Below are positions 51,301-64,000 of a stretch of 64,000 nt of DNA, piece after piece. Position numbers and translations under genes: made by a program. The stretch is from assembly GCA_964016885.1 (NCBI GenBank), contig OZ024743.1, positions 105,090,001 to 105,154,000 on the forward strand. Reading direction: 5' to 3'. Every line of letters starts with the position of its first letter. Position 1 is the first letter of the stretch. The notes under the pieces were generated by a model that worked only from the letters and a program-made list of their open reading frames with translations, searched no databases and had not been told where the DNA came from. Origin of the DNA: Eledone cirrhosa. Lineage: Eukaryota.

Positions 51301-54300
51301 CGATACATGATTGAACGCACACAGGATGTTATGACTTACGTCTCTACGGCAGACCGGATCTCTTCATCACTTCAACATTCAACCCTAAGTGGAGTGAAAT
51401 TAACGCGGAATTATTCCCCGGACAAAGGGCGTCAGACAGACAAGACCTTACGGCACGAGTCTTCCACTTGAAATTGACAAAACTTATTGAACTCCTAAAA
51501 TCAGGTAAGGTCTTTGGACCTGTTAGGTGCTACGTATACACCATTGAGTGGCAAAAGAGAGGCCTGCCACATGCTCACCTACTCATGTGGCTGATAACGA
51601 AAATCAACGCAAGCAGCATCATTTCAGCAGAAATACCCGAACCAAAATTGGAAAGAGAACTCCACAACATCGTTACTGCTCATATGGTTCACGGGCCATG
51701 CAGAAACGGTTTCAACATGCATTCGCCATGCATTAAAGAAAGAAGGTGCATCAAGAGGTATCCTAAGCCATTCCTCTGAGAAACTCGGACAGGTGGCGAC
51801 GGTTATCCATTATATCGCCGCAGGGTGCCAGCGGACGGAGGAATTGTTGCGAAAACACCACATCACAACGTCAACAACCGGTGGATTGTACCCTACTGCC
51901 CACTTCTGCTTAAATTGTTTAACGCCCACATTAACGTTGAATACTGCCACTTCGTCAAATCGATAAAGTACGTCTGCAAGTACATCAATAAGGGGTCCGA
52001 TGCTGCGTCCTTTGGTCTTACAATAGAGAACAACCGAGACGAAGTAACTCGATATCAGATCGGCCGATACATCAGCAGCAATGAAGCGTTCTGGCGATTC
52101 TTCCACTTTGCAATACACCATAACTACCCCCCAATCAAACAGTTGGCGGTGCACCTTGAAAACGGTCAAAGAGTCTACTTCACCGCCTCCACCGCTGCTG
52201 AGATAGCAGAGGAACCAAAGGACACTTACGGCATTTTTTAAGTTATGCCGAAACGATCCCTTCGCCAAGACCATCTTCTACTCTCAGGTGCCATCATACT
52301 ACACATGGAACACAGACAACAGAATTTGATTTTAAGAAGGGTGAAAGGACAACCCGTCGAGGGACATCCAGGCATTAAAATGTCCCCTACCCTTGGGAGA
52401 GTGTACACCATTCATCCTAACCAACAGGAATGCTTTTATCTCCGCATTCTACTGCATGAAGTGGTAGGACCAACATCTTTCGACGATTTGAAAACAATCA
52501 ACGGAGAGCTTTGTACTTCATTCCGCGCAGCCTGCCTTAGACGGGGTCTACTGGAAGATGGCACTCAGTGGGATGCGACATTGGCGGAGGCAGCTACAAT
52601 ACGCTCAGCGCGAGCTCTTCGGCAACTCTTTGCGATGCTACTGCAGATATGCGAGTTAAGCGACCCTGCTTCCTTATGGGACAAATACAAAGAGGACCTT
52701 TCCGATGACTACATACACCAAGGACAACTGCTACTCCCTCATTCCTACGTACGACTCAGCGACGAATTCTTCAGCAAAGCTCTCATTGACATCGAGGACA
52801 AAATCCTAACTACCGGCGGAAATGACCTTCCATTCTATGGACTGCCAAAAGTTTAGCGAACGGGCTCAGACAAACTTCGGACAGGCACAATTTAGGAAAC
52901 TGCCTACGACGTCCACGCCCTCGAACTGTTCATCAACGAAAACGAGCCGAAATTGTTGCAGGACCAACCGCGGGCGTATGACACAGTTTGCACTTCCATT
53001 CGTCAACGCACAGGAAGTATCTTCTTTTTGGACGCCCCAGGAAGAACTGGTAAAACATTCGTCAATAAACTCCTCCTCGCCAAAGTGCGACAGCAGAAAG
53101 GAATCGCCCTGGCTGTGGCTTCTTTTGGCATTGCCGCAACTCTGCTGCCCGGAGATAGGACAGCTCATTCCGCATTTAAACTACCATTCAACACGACTTC
53201 AGACGACACAATAACCTGCAACTTCACCAAGGACTCTGACAAAGCTGAAGTCTTGAAAATATGCCACCTAATTGTGTGGGACGAACGCATAATGGCCCAT
53301 AAAGGGTCTCTTGAGGCGTTAGACAGGGCCCTACGAGACATCAAGCAATGCAACCGGCCGATGGGAGTAATACCTCTACTGCTGTCTGGCAATTTTCGAC
53401 AAACTCTTCCAGTTGTTCCAAAAGCCACCAGGGCCGACACTGTGCGGGCTTGCATTAAGTCATCTCCCCTGTGGCAGGAAGTGACAATCCTGACCCTCAC
53501 AACAGACGAGAGCCCAACTGCTCGGCGACCACTCAGTCGCCGACTTCTCAAAGGACCTCTTAACAGTTGGTGACGGCACTGCACCTTCAGATGCAGCTGG
53601 GGAAATGGGAGTCTCGCAAGTAGGCACCGTTGTCGACACTGTTGACGACCTCACAGCCTCTGTCTTTCCCGATATGGCCATCAACTACAAAAACACGAGT
53701 TGGCTATGTGATAGAGCCATATTGGCTCCCCAAAATGTCTCCGTGCAAAAAGCAATGAGGACCTTCTGCAACGCATTCCTGGAAACCTCCGTACCTACAA
53801 ATCTGTGGACAAAGTTGTGGACAAAGATGATGTTGACGATTTTCTCACAGAATTCCTCAATTCCTTGGACCTCCCTGGACTGCCACCTCATGAACTGCAC
53901 GTCAAAGATGGGACTCCAGTGATGCTGTTGAGGAACCTGGAACCACCGCGTCTCTGCAATGGAACATGGTTCGGGGTAAGAAACCTCCTGCCGCATGTCA
54001 TTGCAGCCACAATTCTCACGGGCTGCGTCGCTGGAGAAAACGTCTTCATACCCAGAATACCATTAACTCCATCAATACGGAATACCCCTGTACCCTGCGC
54101 CGACTTCAATTCCCCGTTAAACTTTGCTTCGCGATGCCAATCAACAAGTCCCAAGGCCAAACGCTATCAACGGCCAATTATACGTCGCATGCTCAAGAGT
54201 GGGATGCAAGCAGAACTTATTCATACTTGCGCCCAAAGGCAGAACAAAAAATGTAGTCTAAAGAGAGGTGTTGTGACTCCTCTATTCAGCACCACTGCAG

Positions 54301-54456
54301 TCTTGCCGGTCTGACATATGGTGGGTAGATGCTATTGTTGTATATTTTCAAACTTACCCGTATTTACTTTCAATGCCTCAATATTCATAATTGAGTGGAA
54401 TCATTAAAAGTACTTTAAAGCAATTAAACTCTGAGCAACGCCGGGCACTTCTGCTA

Positions 54457-54457
<1 letters not shown>
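48381..54457 (+). mobile_element. Helitron (decayed autonomous copy)
   Basis: RepHel coding region. The 3' end ...gagcaacgccgggcacttctgCTAG|T is at 54454-54457. The 5' A|TC at 48381 is tentative. ~53 bp internal tandem repeats lie at 48654-48780. Confidence 0.88.
49762..54275 (+). pseudogene. Helitron Rep/Helicase (HUH endonuclease + Pif1-like SF1 helicase), multiple frameshifts and stops
   Basis: CQYC...CCSDGKV zinc motif and FKVQGQIYHRIG. HUH motifs IEWQKRGLPHAHLL and KYVCKYINKG. Helicase motifs DAPGRTGKT, IVWDE, GNFRQTLP, MLLRNL...LCNG and INKSQGQTL. Confidence 0.95.
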
Positions 54458-54519
<62 letters not shown>

Positions 54520-54587
54520 TATAGATACAGATAAATGTATATATATTACACAGAAACACACTCACGCACACACAAACAAAAACACAC

Positions 54588-54661
<74 letters not shown>

Positions 54662-54911
54662 GCATTCATACACACATACATACACACATACACATATACA
54701 TATGTAACTACACACACTCCTACATATATATATACTTACACACATATATTATGTTATGTATGAGATAACGAAGTTTGAATGAAGTTTTCCCGTTTAGCTA
54801 CAATCATTGGCTCTTTAGTTCATGACATCACAATGGAGTTTATTATAAATAGCGTGACTATGGCTCGATGTAATCACTTCTTGTTCGCTTTTTGTATGAT
54901 AATTGCTTGCC

Positions 54912-55412
54912 ATGGATTGCGAAGAAATTGAATTACCTTTACTTTACGAGAGCCCTGATACATTTGATATTCGCCTCGCGAAATTGGCGTGGCCAGATCC
55001 GAAGGATTTAGAATCAGCTCCAGCTCCAGCACCAGTTTCAGTTCAAAATCGCTTCCGAAGGGCTTTGATGAAGAAATGGAGTAAGATTGGCAACTTCTTT
55101 TCCCGTGCCACATCGTCCTCATCAAAGTCTGCTCGGTTTGTGGTTTCGAATCGGCCTGCGTTACGATGAACACCAAAACGTAACTGAACTATTTGTATAG
55201 TCCAGCTTGATACTGGAAAGTTCTGTGGTAGCCTGCAGCCATTTGCTGAATTTGGGAAGGTACATTACATCATTAACCACAAGGAGATCCAGAAAGAAAT
55301 GGTCTTGGTCGTAAATGGCAGTCGTATTGGACTGAGAATAACGAATACTGTATTAAACTTGTCTTTGCGGATGGAGCGCATGGACGCTGTCAAAATATAC
55401 GGTGCAACTTGA
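54912..55412 (+). pseudogene. Orphan intronless ORF (85 aa, or 167 codons reading through two TGA)
   Basis: TATAAA at 54844, GCCATGG Kozak start at 54912, TGA at 55167 and 55185, the same frame then open to 55412, and AATAAA at 55581. No family was recognised. Confidence 0.4.
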
Positions 55413-55963
55413 GCATTTTAAACATGATGGCGCTGAAATCTCTCCTAGCCAGAGAGAAAAAAATGACCCCAGTACGTAGAATTTGACACTGCTAATTTAC
55501 TGTCAATGACCCATCGAAAGGAGACTTCGGCCAAAGTATTTCCGTACTCAGCAATATAACAATATCATTCTGACGTCAACAATAAACATTTGATTTAAAT
55601 TCAAAATGGTTTGTCTTTAAATTAAAATTTTGTAAATTTTATACATATTGACAGAGCATTTCTAGGGTATTTATAATATATTTATTTACACAGCCATGCT
55701 GCTTGTAAATATAAATATATATACAAGAATCGCGTTATACTTGTCCGGGTTCGGACAAGTGTTTTGCTTTACAAAACAAGCAAATATATTTGTGCATATT
55801 TCAAAGATGGAAGAAAGATGAGAAAAACGACGAGAGCGAGGCAAAGACTTGAGATGAAGCAATATGTGAAGGAAGGAGAGAGATGAAACAGAGAATGAAA
55901 ATCTAAGTATGTATTTGTGTTGCTATTTACATACAATTGCATATATACAGACACATAATCATA

Positions 55964-56100
55964 CTAGCTGACGTATCTAGCTTCGTCCGGGTAATCAGAT
56001 AAAGATGAGTAGAAGAGAATGAATATTGAATGTTTATCTGGTTTACAGTATAAGGAGAGACCGTAGTGTGTGAGAAAAAAGCCAAAGATCTGCCAGATAC
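55964..56100 (-). mobile_element. Probable Helitron 3' terminus pointing left
   Basis: Minus strand reads acccggacgaagctagatacgtcagCTAG|T: an imperfect hairpin a few nt before CTAG, the same layout as the 54457 end. Confidence 0.6.
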
Positions 56101-56101
56101 A

Positions 56102-59100
56102 GCAGATTCTTCATTTTAACAACGGTCGTGCATAGTATGACACAAAATTCTTCGTTTTAACAACAGTCGTGCATAGTATGACACCAGATTCTTCATTTTA
56201 ACAACGGTCGTGCATAGTATAACACAAAATTCTTCGTTTTAACAACAGTCGTGCATAGTATGACACCAGATTCTTCGTTTTAACAACAGTCGTGCATAGT
56301 ATAACACAAAATTCTTCGTTTTAACAACAGTCGTGCATAGTATAACACCAGATTCTTCGTTTTAACAACAGTCGCCATAGTATAACACAAAATTCTTCGT
56401 TTTAACAACAGTCGTGCATAGTATAACACCAGATTCTTCGTTTTAACAACAGTCGTGCATAGTATAACACAAAATTCTTCGTTTTAACAACAGTCGTGCA
56501 TAGTATAACACCAGATTCTTCGTTTTAACAACAGTCGTGCATAGTATAACACCAGATTCTTCGTTTTAACAACAGTGGTGCATAGTATAACACAAAATTC
56601 TTCGTTTTAACAACAGTCGTGCATAGTATAACACCAGATTCTTCATTTTAACAACAGTCGTGCATAGTATATAACACCAGATTTGTCGTTTAAACAACAG
56701 TCGTGCATAGTATAACACCAGATTCTTCGTTTTAACAACAGTCGTGCATAGTATAACACCAGATTCTTCGTTATAACAGTCATGCATAGTATAAGACCAG
56801 ATTCTTCGTTATAACAACAGTCGTGCATAGTATAACACCAGATTCTTCGTTTTAACAACAGTCGTGCATAGTATAACACCAGATTCTTCGTTTTAACAAC
56901 AGTCGCGCATAGTATAACACAAAATTCTTCGTTTTAACAACAGTCGTGCATAGTATAACACCAGATTCTTCGTTTTAACAGTCGTGCATAGTATAACACA
57001 AAATTCTTCGTTTTATCAACAGTCGTGCATAGTATAACACAAAATTCTTCGTTTTAACAACAGTCGTGCATAGTACAACACCAGATTCTTCGTTTTAACA
57101 ACAGTCGTGCATAGTATAACACCAGATTCTTCGTTTTAACAACAGTGGTGCATAGTATAACACAAAATTCTTCGTTTTAACAACAGTCGTGCATAGTATA
57201 ACACCAGATTCTTCATTTTAACAACAGTCGTGCATAGTATATAACACCAGATTCGTCGTTTAAACAACAGTCGTGCATAGTATAACACCAGATTCTTCGT
57301 TTTAACAACAGTCGTGCATAGTATAACACCAGATTCTTCGTTATAACAGTCATGCATAGTATAACACCAGATTCTTCGTTATAACAACAGTCGTGCATAG
57401 TATAACACCAGATTCTTCGTTTTAACAACAGTCGTGCATAGTATAACACCAGATTCTTCGTTTTAACAACAGTCGTGCATAGTATAACACCAGATTCTTC
57501 GTTTTAACAACAGTCGTGCATAGTATAACACCAGATTCTTCGTTTTAACAACAGTCGTGCATAGTATAACACCAGATACTTCGTTCTAACAACAGTCGTG
57601 CATAGTATAACACCAGATTCTTCGTTTTAACAACAGTCGTGCATAGTATAACACCAGAATCTTCGTTATAACAGTCATGCATAGTATAACACCAGATTCT
57701 TCGTTATAACAACAGTCGTGCATAGTATAACACCAGATTCTTCGTTTTAACAACAGTCGTGCATAGTATAACACCAGATTCTTCGTTTTAACAACAGTCG
57801 TGCATAGTATAACACCAGATTCTTCGTTTTAACAACAGTCGTGCATAGTATAACACCAGATTCTTAGTTTTAACAACAGTCGTGCATAGTATAACACCAG
57901 ATTCTTCGTTTTAACAACGGTCGTGCATAGTATAACACCAGATTCTTCGTTTTAACAACAGTCGTGCATAGTATAACACCAGATTCTTCGTTTTAACAAT
58001 GGTCGTGCATAGTATAACACCAGATTCTTCGTTTTAACAACAGTCGAGCATAGTATAACACCAGATTCTTCGTTTTAACAACAGTCGTGCATAGTATAAC
58101 ACCAGATTCTTCGTTATAACAACAGTCGTGCATAGTATAACACTAGATTCTTCGTTATAACAACAGTCGTGCATAGTATAACACTAGATTCTTCGTTTTA
58201 ACAACAGTCGTGCATAGTATAACACTAGATTCTTCGTTTTAACAACAGTCGTGCATAGTATAACACTAGATTCTTCGTTTTAACAACAGTCGTGCATAGT
58301 ATAACACCAGATTCTTCGTTTTAACAACAGTCGTGGATAGTATAACACCAGATTCTTCGTTTTAACAACAGCCGTGGATAGTATAACACCAGATTCTTCT
58401 TTTTAACAACAGTCGTGGATAGTATAACACCAGATTCTTCGTTTTAACAACAGTCGTGCATAGCATAACACTAGATTCTTCGTTTTAACAACAGTCGTGC
58501 ATAGTATAACACCAGATTCTTCGTTTTAACAACAGTCGTGCATAGTATAACACCAGATTCTTCGTTTTAACAACAGTCATGCATAATATAACACCAGATT
58601 CTTCGTTTTAACAACGGTCGTGCATAGTATAACACCAGATTCTTCGTTTTAACAACGGTCGTGCATAGTATAACACCAGCTTCTTCGTTTTAACAACGGT
58701 CCTGCATAGTATAACACCAGATTCTTCGTTTTAACAACAGTCGTGCATAGTATAACACCAGATTCTTCGTTTTAACAACAGTCGTGCATAGTATAACACT
58801 AGATTCTTCGTTTTAACAACGGTCGTGCATAGTATAACACTAGATTCTTCGTTTTAACAACGGTCGTGCATAGTATAACACTAGATTCTTCGTTTTAACA
58901 ACAGTCGTGCATACTATATCACTAGATTCTTCGTTTTAACAACAGTCGTGTATAGTATAACACTAGATTCTTCGTTTTAACAACCGTCGTGCATAGTATA
59001 ACACCAGATTCTTCGTTTTAACAACAGTCGTGCATACTATAACACCAGATTCTTCGTTTTAACAGCAGTCGTGCATAGTATAACACCAGATTCTTCGTTT

Positions 59101-59830
59101 TAATAACAGTCGTGCATAGTATAACACCAGATTCTTCGTTTTAACAACGGTCGTGGATAGTATAACACCTGATTCTTCGTTTTAACAGCAGTCGTGCATA
59201 ATATAACACCAGATTCTTCGTTTTAACAACGGTCGTGCATAGTATAACAAAAGATTCTTCGTTTCAAGAGCAGTCGTGCATAGTATAACACCAGATTCTT
59301 CGTTTTAACAACGGTTGTGCATAGTATAACACCAGATTCTTCGTTTTAACAACAGTCGTGCAGAGTATAACACCAGATGCTTCGTTTTAACAGCAGCCGT
59401 GCATAGTATAACACCAGATTCTTCGTTTTAACAGCAGTCGTGCATAGTATAACACCAGATTCTTCGTTTTAATAACAGTCGTGCATAGTATAACACCAGA
59501 TTCTTCGTTTTAACAACGGTCGTGGATAGTATAACACCTGATTCTTCGTTTTAACAGCAGTCGTGCATAATATAACACCAGATTCTTCGTTTTAACAACG
59601 GTCGTGCATAGTATAACACCAGATTCTTCGTTTTAACAACAGTCGTGCATAGTATAACACCAGATTCTTCGTTTTAACAACGGTCTTGCATAGTATAACA
59701 CCTGATTCTTCGTTTTAACAACGGTCCTGCAATAGTATAACACCAGATTCTTCATTTTAACAACGGTCGTGCATAGTATAACACCAGATTCTTCGTTTTA
59801 ACAACGGTCGTGCATAGTATAACACCAGAT
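56102..59830. repeat. Satellite array, 41 bp unit, about 90 copies
   Basis: Unit is TTTTAACAACAGTCGTGCATAGTATAACACCAGATTCTTCG. Confidence 0.97.
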
Positions 59831-60049
59831 AGAGAGGTGAGATTATTGATGTTAGATACATAGAGGGGGTTAATGGGAGAGTGTCCTGTGGTTGATAGGA
59901 GTGGAGTTTAGCTGTAATGAATAGAGGGAGGGGGATCAGAAGACAGTACCGTGTGATAGATAGTGAGGGGGGAAAGTTTGGTGGTAGTAGATATATAGAC
60001 GGGACAGATGTATGGTAAATATAGAGTGGTATTGGGACAGGTAGCTGTA

Positions 60050-63000
60050 TTGTAGATAGAGAGGGAGAGTTTAGTGGTTATGTATATAGAGAGGAAGATA
60101 ATGAATGTCGTGTGGTAGACAGAGGGATGGTGGAGATTACTGGTAGTAGATAGAGAGAGAGAGTTTAGTGGTTATGTATATAGAGGAAGATAACAAGTGT
60201 CGTGTGGTAGACAGAGGGGTGGTGGAGATTACTGGTAGTAGATAGAGAGGGAGAGTTTAGTGGTTATGTATATAGAGAGGAAGATAATGAGTGTCGTGTG
60301 GTAGACAGAGGGGTGGTGGAGATTACTGGTAGTAGATAGTGAGGGAGAGTTTAGTGGTTATGTATATAGAGAGGAAGATAATGAGTGTCGTGTGGTAGAC
60401 AGAGGGGTGGTGGAGATTACTGGTAGTAGATAGAGAGGGAGAGTTTAGTGGTTATGTATATAGAGAGGAAGATAATGAGTGCGGTGTGGTAGACAGAGGG
60501 GTGGTGGAGATTACTGGTATAGATAGAGAGAGAGAGTTTAGTGGTTATGTATATAGAGAGGAAGATAATGAGTGTCGTGTGGTAGACAGAGGGATGGTGG
60601 AGATTACTGGTAGTAGATAGAGAGGGAGAGTTTAGTGGTTATGTATATAGAGGAAGATAATAAGTGTCGTGTGGTAGACAGAGGGGTGGGGGAGATTACT
60701 GGTATAGATAGAGAGAGAGAGTTTAGTGATTATGTATATAGAGAGGAAGATAATGAGTGTCGTGTGGTAGACAGAGGGGTGGTGGAGATTACTGGTAGTA
60801 GATAGAGAGGGAGAGTTTAGTGGTTATGTATATAGAGGAAGATAATGAGTGTCGTGTGGTAGACAGAGGGGTGGTGGAGATTACTGGTAGTAGATAGTGA
60901 GGGAGAGTTTAGTGGTTATGTATATAGAGAGGAAGATAATGAGTCTCGTGTGGTAGACAGAGGGGTGGTGGAGATTACTGGTAGTAGATAGAGAGGGAGA
61001 GTTTAGTGGTTATGTATATAGAGGAAGATAATGAGTGTCGTGTGGTAGACAGAGGGGTGGGGGAGATTACTGGTAGTAGATAGTGAGGGAGAGTTTAGTG
61101 GTTATGTATATAGAGAGGAAGATAATGAGTGTTGTGTGGTAGACAGAGGGGTGGTGGAGATTACTGGTAGTAGATAGAGAGAGAGAATTTAGTGGTTATG
61201 TATATAGAGAGGAAGATAATGTGTGTCGTGTGGTAGACAGAGGGGTGGTGGAGATTACTGGTAGTAGATAGAGAGGGAGAGTTTAGTGGTTATGTATATA
61301 GAGAGGAAGATAATGAGTGTCGTGTGGTAGACAGAGGGGTGGTGGAGATTACTGGTAGTAGATAGTGAGGGAGAGTTTAGTGGTTATGTATATAGAGAGG
61401 AAGATAATGAGTGTCGTGTGGTAGATAGAGGGGTGGTGGAGATTACTGGTATAGATAGAGAGAGAGAGTTTAGTGGTTATGTATATAGAGAGGAAGATAA
61501 TGAGTGTCGTGTGGTAGACAGAGGGATGGTGGAGATTAATGGTAGTAGATAGAGAGGGAGAGTTTAGTGGTTATGTATATAGAGGAAGATAATAAGTGTC
61601 GTGTGGTAGACAGAGGGGTGGGGGAGATTACTGGTATAGATAGAGAGAGAGAGTTTAGTGATTATGTATATAGAGAGGAAGATAATGAGTGTCGTGTGGT
61701 AGACAGAGGGGTGGTGGAGATTACTGGTAGTAGATAGAGAGGGAGAGTTTAGTGGTTATGTATATAGAGGAAGATAATAAGTGTCGTGTGGTAGACAGAG
61801 GGGTGGGGGAGATTACTGGTATAGATAGAGAGAGAGAGTTTAGTGATTATGTATATAGAGAGGAAGATAATGAGTGTCGTGTGGTAGACAGAGGGGTGGT
61901 GGAGATTACTGGTAGTAGATAGAGAGATAGAGTTTAGTGGTCATGTATATAGAGAGGAAGATAATGAGTGTCGTGTGGTAGACAGAGGGGTGGGGGAGAT
62001 TACTGGTAGTAGATAGTGAGGGAGAGTTTAGTGGTTATGTATATAGAGAGGAAGATAATGAGTGTGGTGTGGTAGACAGAGGGGTGGTGGAGATTACTGG
62101 TAGTAGATAGTGAGGGAGAGTTTAGTGGTTATGTATATAGAGGAAGATAATGAGTGTCGTGTGGTAGACAGAGGGGTGGGGGAGATTACTGGTAGTAGAT
62201 AGAGAGGGAGAGTTTAGTGGTTATGTATATAGAGGAAGATAATGAGTGTCGTGTGGTAGACAGAGGGGTGGTGGAGATTACTGGTAGTAGATAGAGAGGG
62301 AGAGTGTAGTGGTTATGTATATAGAGAGGAAGATAATGAGTGTCGTGTGGTAGACAGAGGGGTGGTAGAGATTACTGGTAGTAGATAGAGAGGGAGAGTT
62401 TACTGGTTATGTATATAGAGAGGAAGATAATGAGTGTCGTGTGGTAGACAGAGGGGTGGTGGAGATTACTAGTAGTAGATAGAGAGAGAGAATTTAGTGG
62501 TTATGTATATATAGAGGAAGATAATGAGTGTCGTGTGGTAGACAGAGGGGTGGTGGAGATTACTGGTAGTAGATAGAGAGAGAGAATTTAGTGGTTATGT
62601 ATATAGAGAGGAAGATAATGAGTGTCGTGTGGTAGACAGAGGGGTGGTGGAGATTACTGGTAGTAGATAGTGAGGGAGAGTTTAGTGGTTATGTATATAG
62701 AGAGGAAGATAATGAGTGTTGTGTGGTAGACAGAGGGGTGGTGGAGATTACTGGTAGTAGATAGAGAGGGAGAGTTTAGTGGTTATGTATATAGAGAGGA
62801 AGATAATGAGTGTCGTGTGGTAGACAGAGGGATGGTGGAGATTATTGGTAGTAGATAGAGAGGGAGAGAGTTTAGTGGTTATGTATATAGAGAGGAAGAT
62901 AATGAGTGTCGTGTGGTAGACAGAGGGATGGTGGAGATTATTGGTAGTAGATAGAGAGGGAGAGTTTAGTGGTTATGTATATAGAGAGGAAGATAATGAG

Positions 63001-64000
63001 TGTCGTGTGGTAGACAGAGGGGTGGTGGAGATTACTGGTAGTAGATAGAGAGAGGGAGAGTTTAGTGGTTATGTATATAGAGAGGAAGATAATGAGTGTC
63101 GTGTGGTAGAAAGAGGGGTCGTGGAGATTACTGGTAGTAGATAGTGAGGGAGAGTTTAGTGGTTATGTATATAGAGAGGAAGATAAGGAGTGTCGTGTCG
63201 TAGACAGAGGGGTGGTGGAGATTACTGGTAGTAGATAGAGAGGGAGAGTTTAGTGGTTATGTATATAGAGGAAGATAATGAGTGTCGTGTGGTAGACAGA
63301 GGGGTGGTGGAGATTACTGGTAGTAGATAGAGAGGGAGTGTTTAGTGGTTATGTATATAGAGGAAGATAATGAGTGTCGTGTGGTAGACAGAGGGGTGGG
63401 GGAGATTACTGGTAGTAGATAGAGAGGGAGAGTTTAGTGGTTATGTATATAGAGAGGAAGATAATGAGTCTCGTGTGGTAGACAGAGGGGTGGTGGAGAT
63501 TAGTGGTAGTAGATAGTGAGGGAGAGTTTAGTGGTTATGTATATAGAGAGGAAGATAATGAGTGTCGTGTGGTAGACAGAGGGGTGGTGGAGATTACTGG
63601 TAGTAGATAGAGAGGGAGAGTTTAGTGGTTATGTATATAGAGGAAGATAATGAGTGTCGTGTGGTAGACAGAGGGGTGGTGGAGATTACTGGTAGTAGAT
63701 AGTGAGGAAGAGTTTAGTGGTTATGTATATAGAGAGGAAGATAATGAGTCTCGTGTGGTAGACAGAGGGATGGTGGAGATTACTGGTAGTAGATAGAGAG
63801 AGGGAGAGTTTAGTGGTTATGTATATAGAGGAAGATAATGAGTGTCGTGTGGTAGACAGAGGGGTGGGGGAGATTACTGGTAGTAGATAGAGAGGGAGAG
63901 TTTAGTGGTTATGTATATAGAGAGGAAGATAATGAGTGTCGTGTGGTAGACAGAGAGGTGGTGGAGATTACTGGTAGTAGATAGAGAGAGGGAGAGTTTA
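60050..64000. repeat. Satellite array, ~94 bp purine-rich unit, about 42 copies, runs off the window end
   Basis: Unit is TAGAGAGGGAGAGTTTAGTGGTTATGTATATAGAGAGGAAGATAATGAGTGTCGTGTGGTAGACAGAGGGGTGGTGGAGATTACTGGTAGTAGA. Length varies by a few bp through GA and GTA indels. Confidence 0.97.

Noticed and set aside
55167-55187. Selenocysteine recoding of two in-frame TGA codons
   Set aside because: No recognisable SECIS or redox motif. Nonsense mutation is simpler.
56102-59830. CRISPR-like array (41 bp repeats)
   Set aside because: The units are contiguous with no unique spacers, there are no cas genes and the context is eukaryotic. It is a satellite.

Overview
Animal, repeat-saturated DNA. The SINE families and the density of (TA)n/(CA)n/(GA)n tracts suggest an octopus-like coleoid cephalopod, which is an inference. 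No complete host gene is recognisable, only a few candidate minus-strand exons and one orphan intronless ORF or pseudogene. Mobile elements dominate: a near-intact L1/Tx1-clade LINE in a (GATA)n/(GA)n tract (~12.4-18.1 kb), an intact-ORF R4/Dong-type RLE retrotransposon bounded by (TAA)n (~38.8-43.3 kb), an IR/DR Tc1 DD34E transposon (26.3-27.9 kb), a mariner-derived MITE, several Penelope-like elements (28-37 kb, 44 kb), a decayed Helitron (~48.4-54.5 kb), many tRNA-headed SINEs, and two satellite arrays (41 bp and ~94 bp units) that begin next to a second Helitron 3' end. The most notable hidden layer is about ten Penelope-type minimal hammerhead ribozyme motifs. Some lie in short (TA)n-embedded non-coding units, some in palindromes, and one subfamily carries a large conserved, structured insertion in stem II. 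Coordinates were read by eye and element boundaries are approximate.
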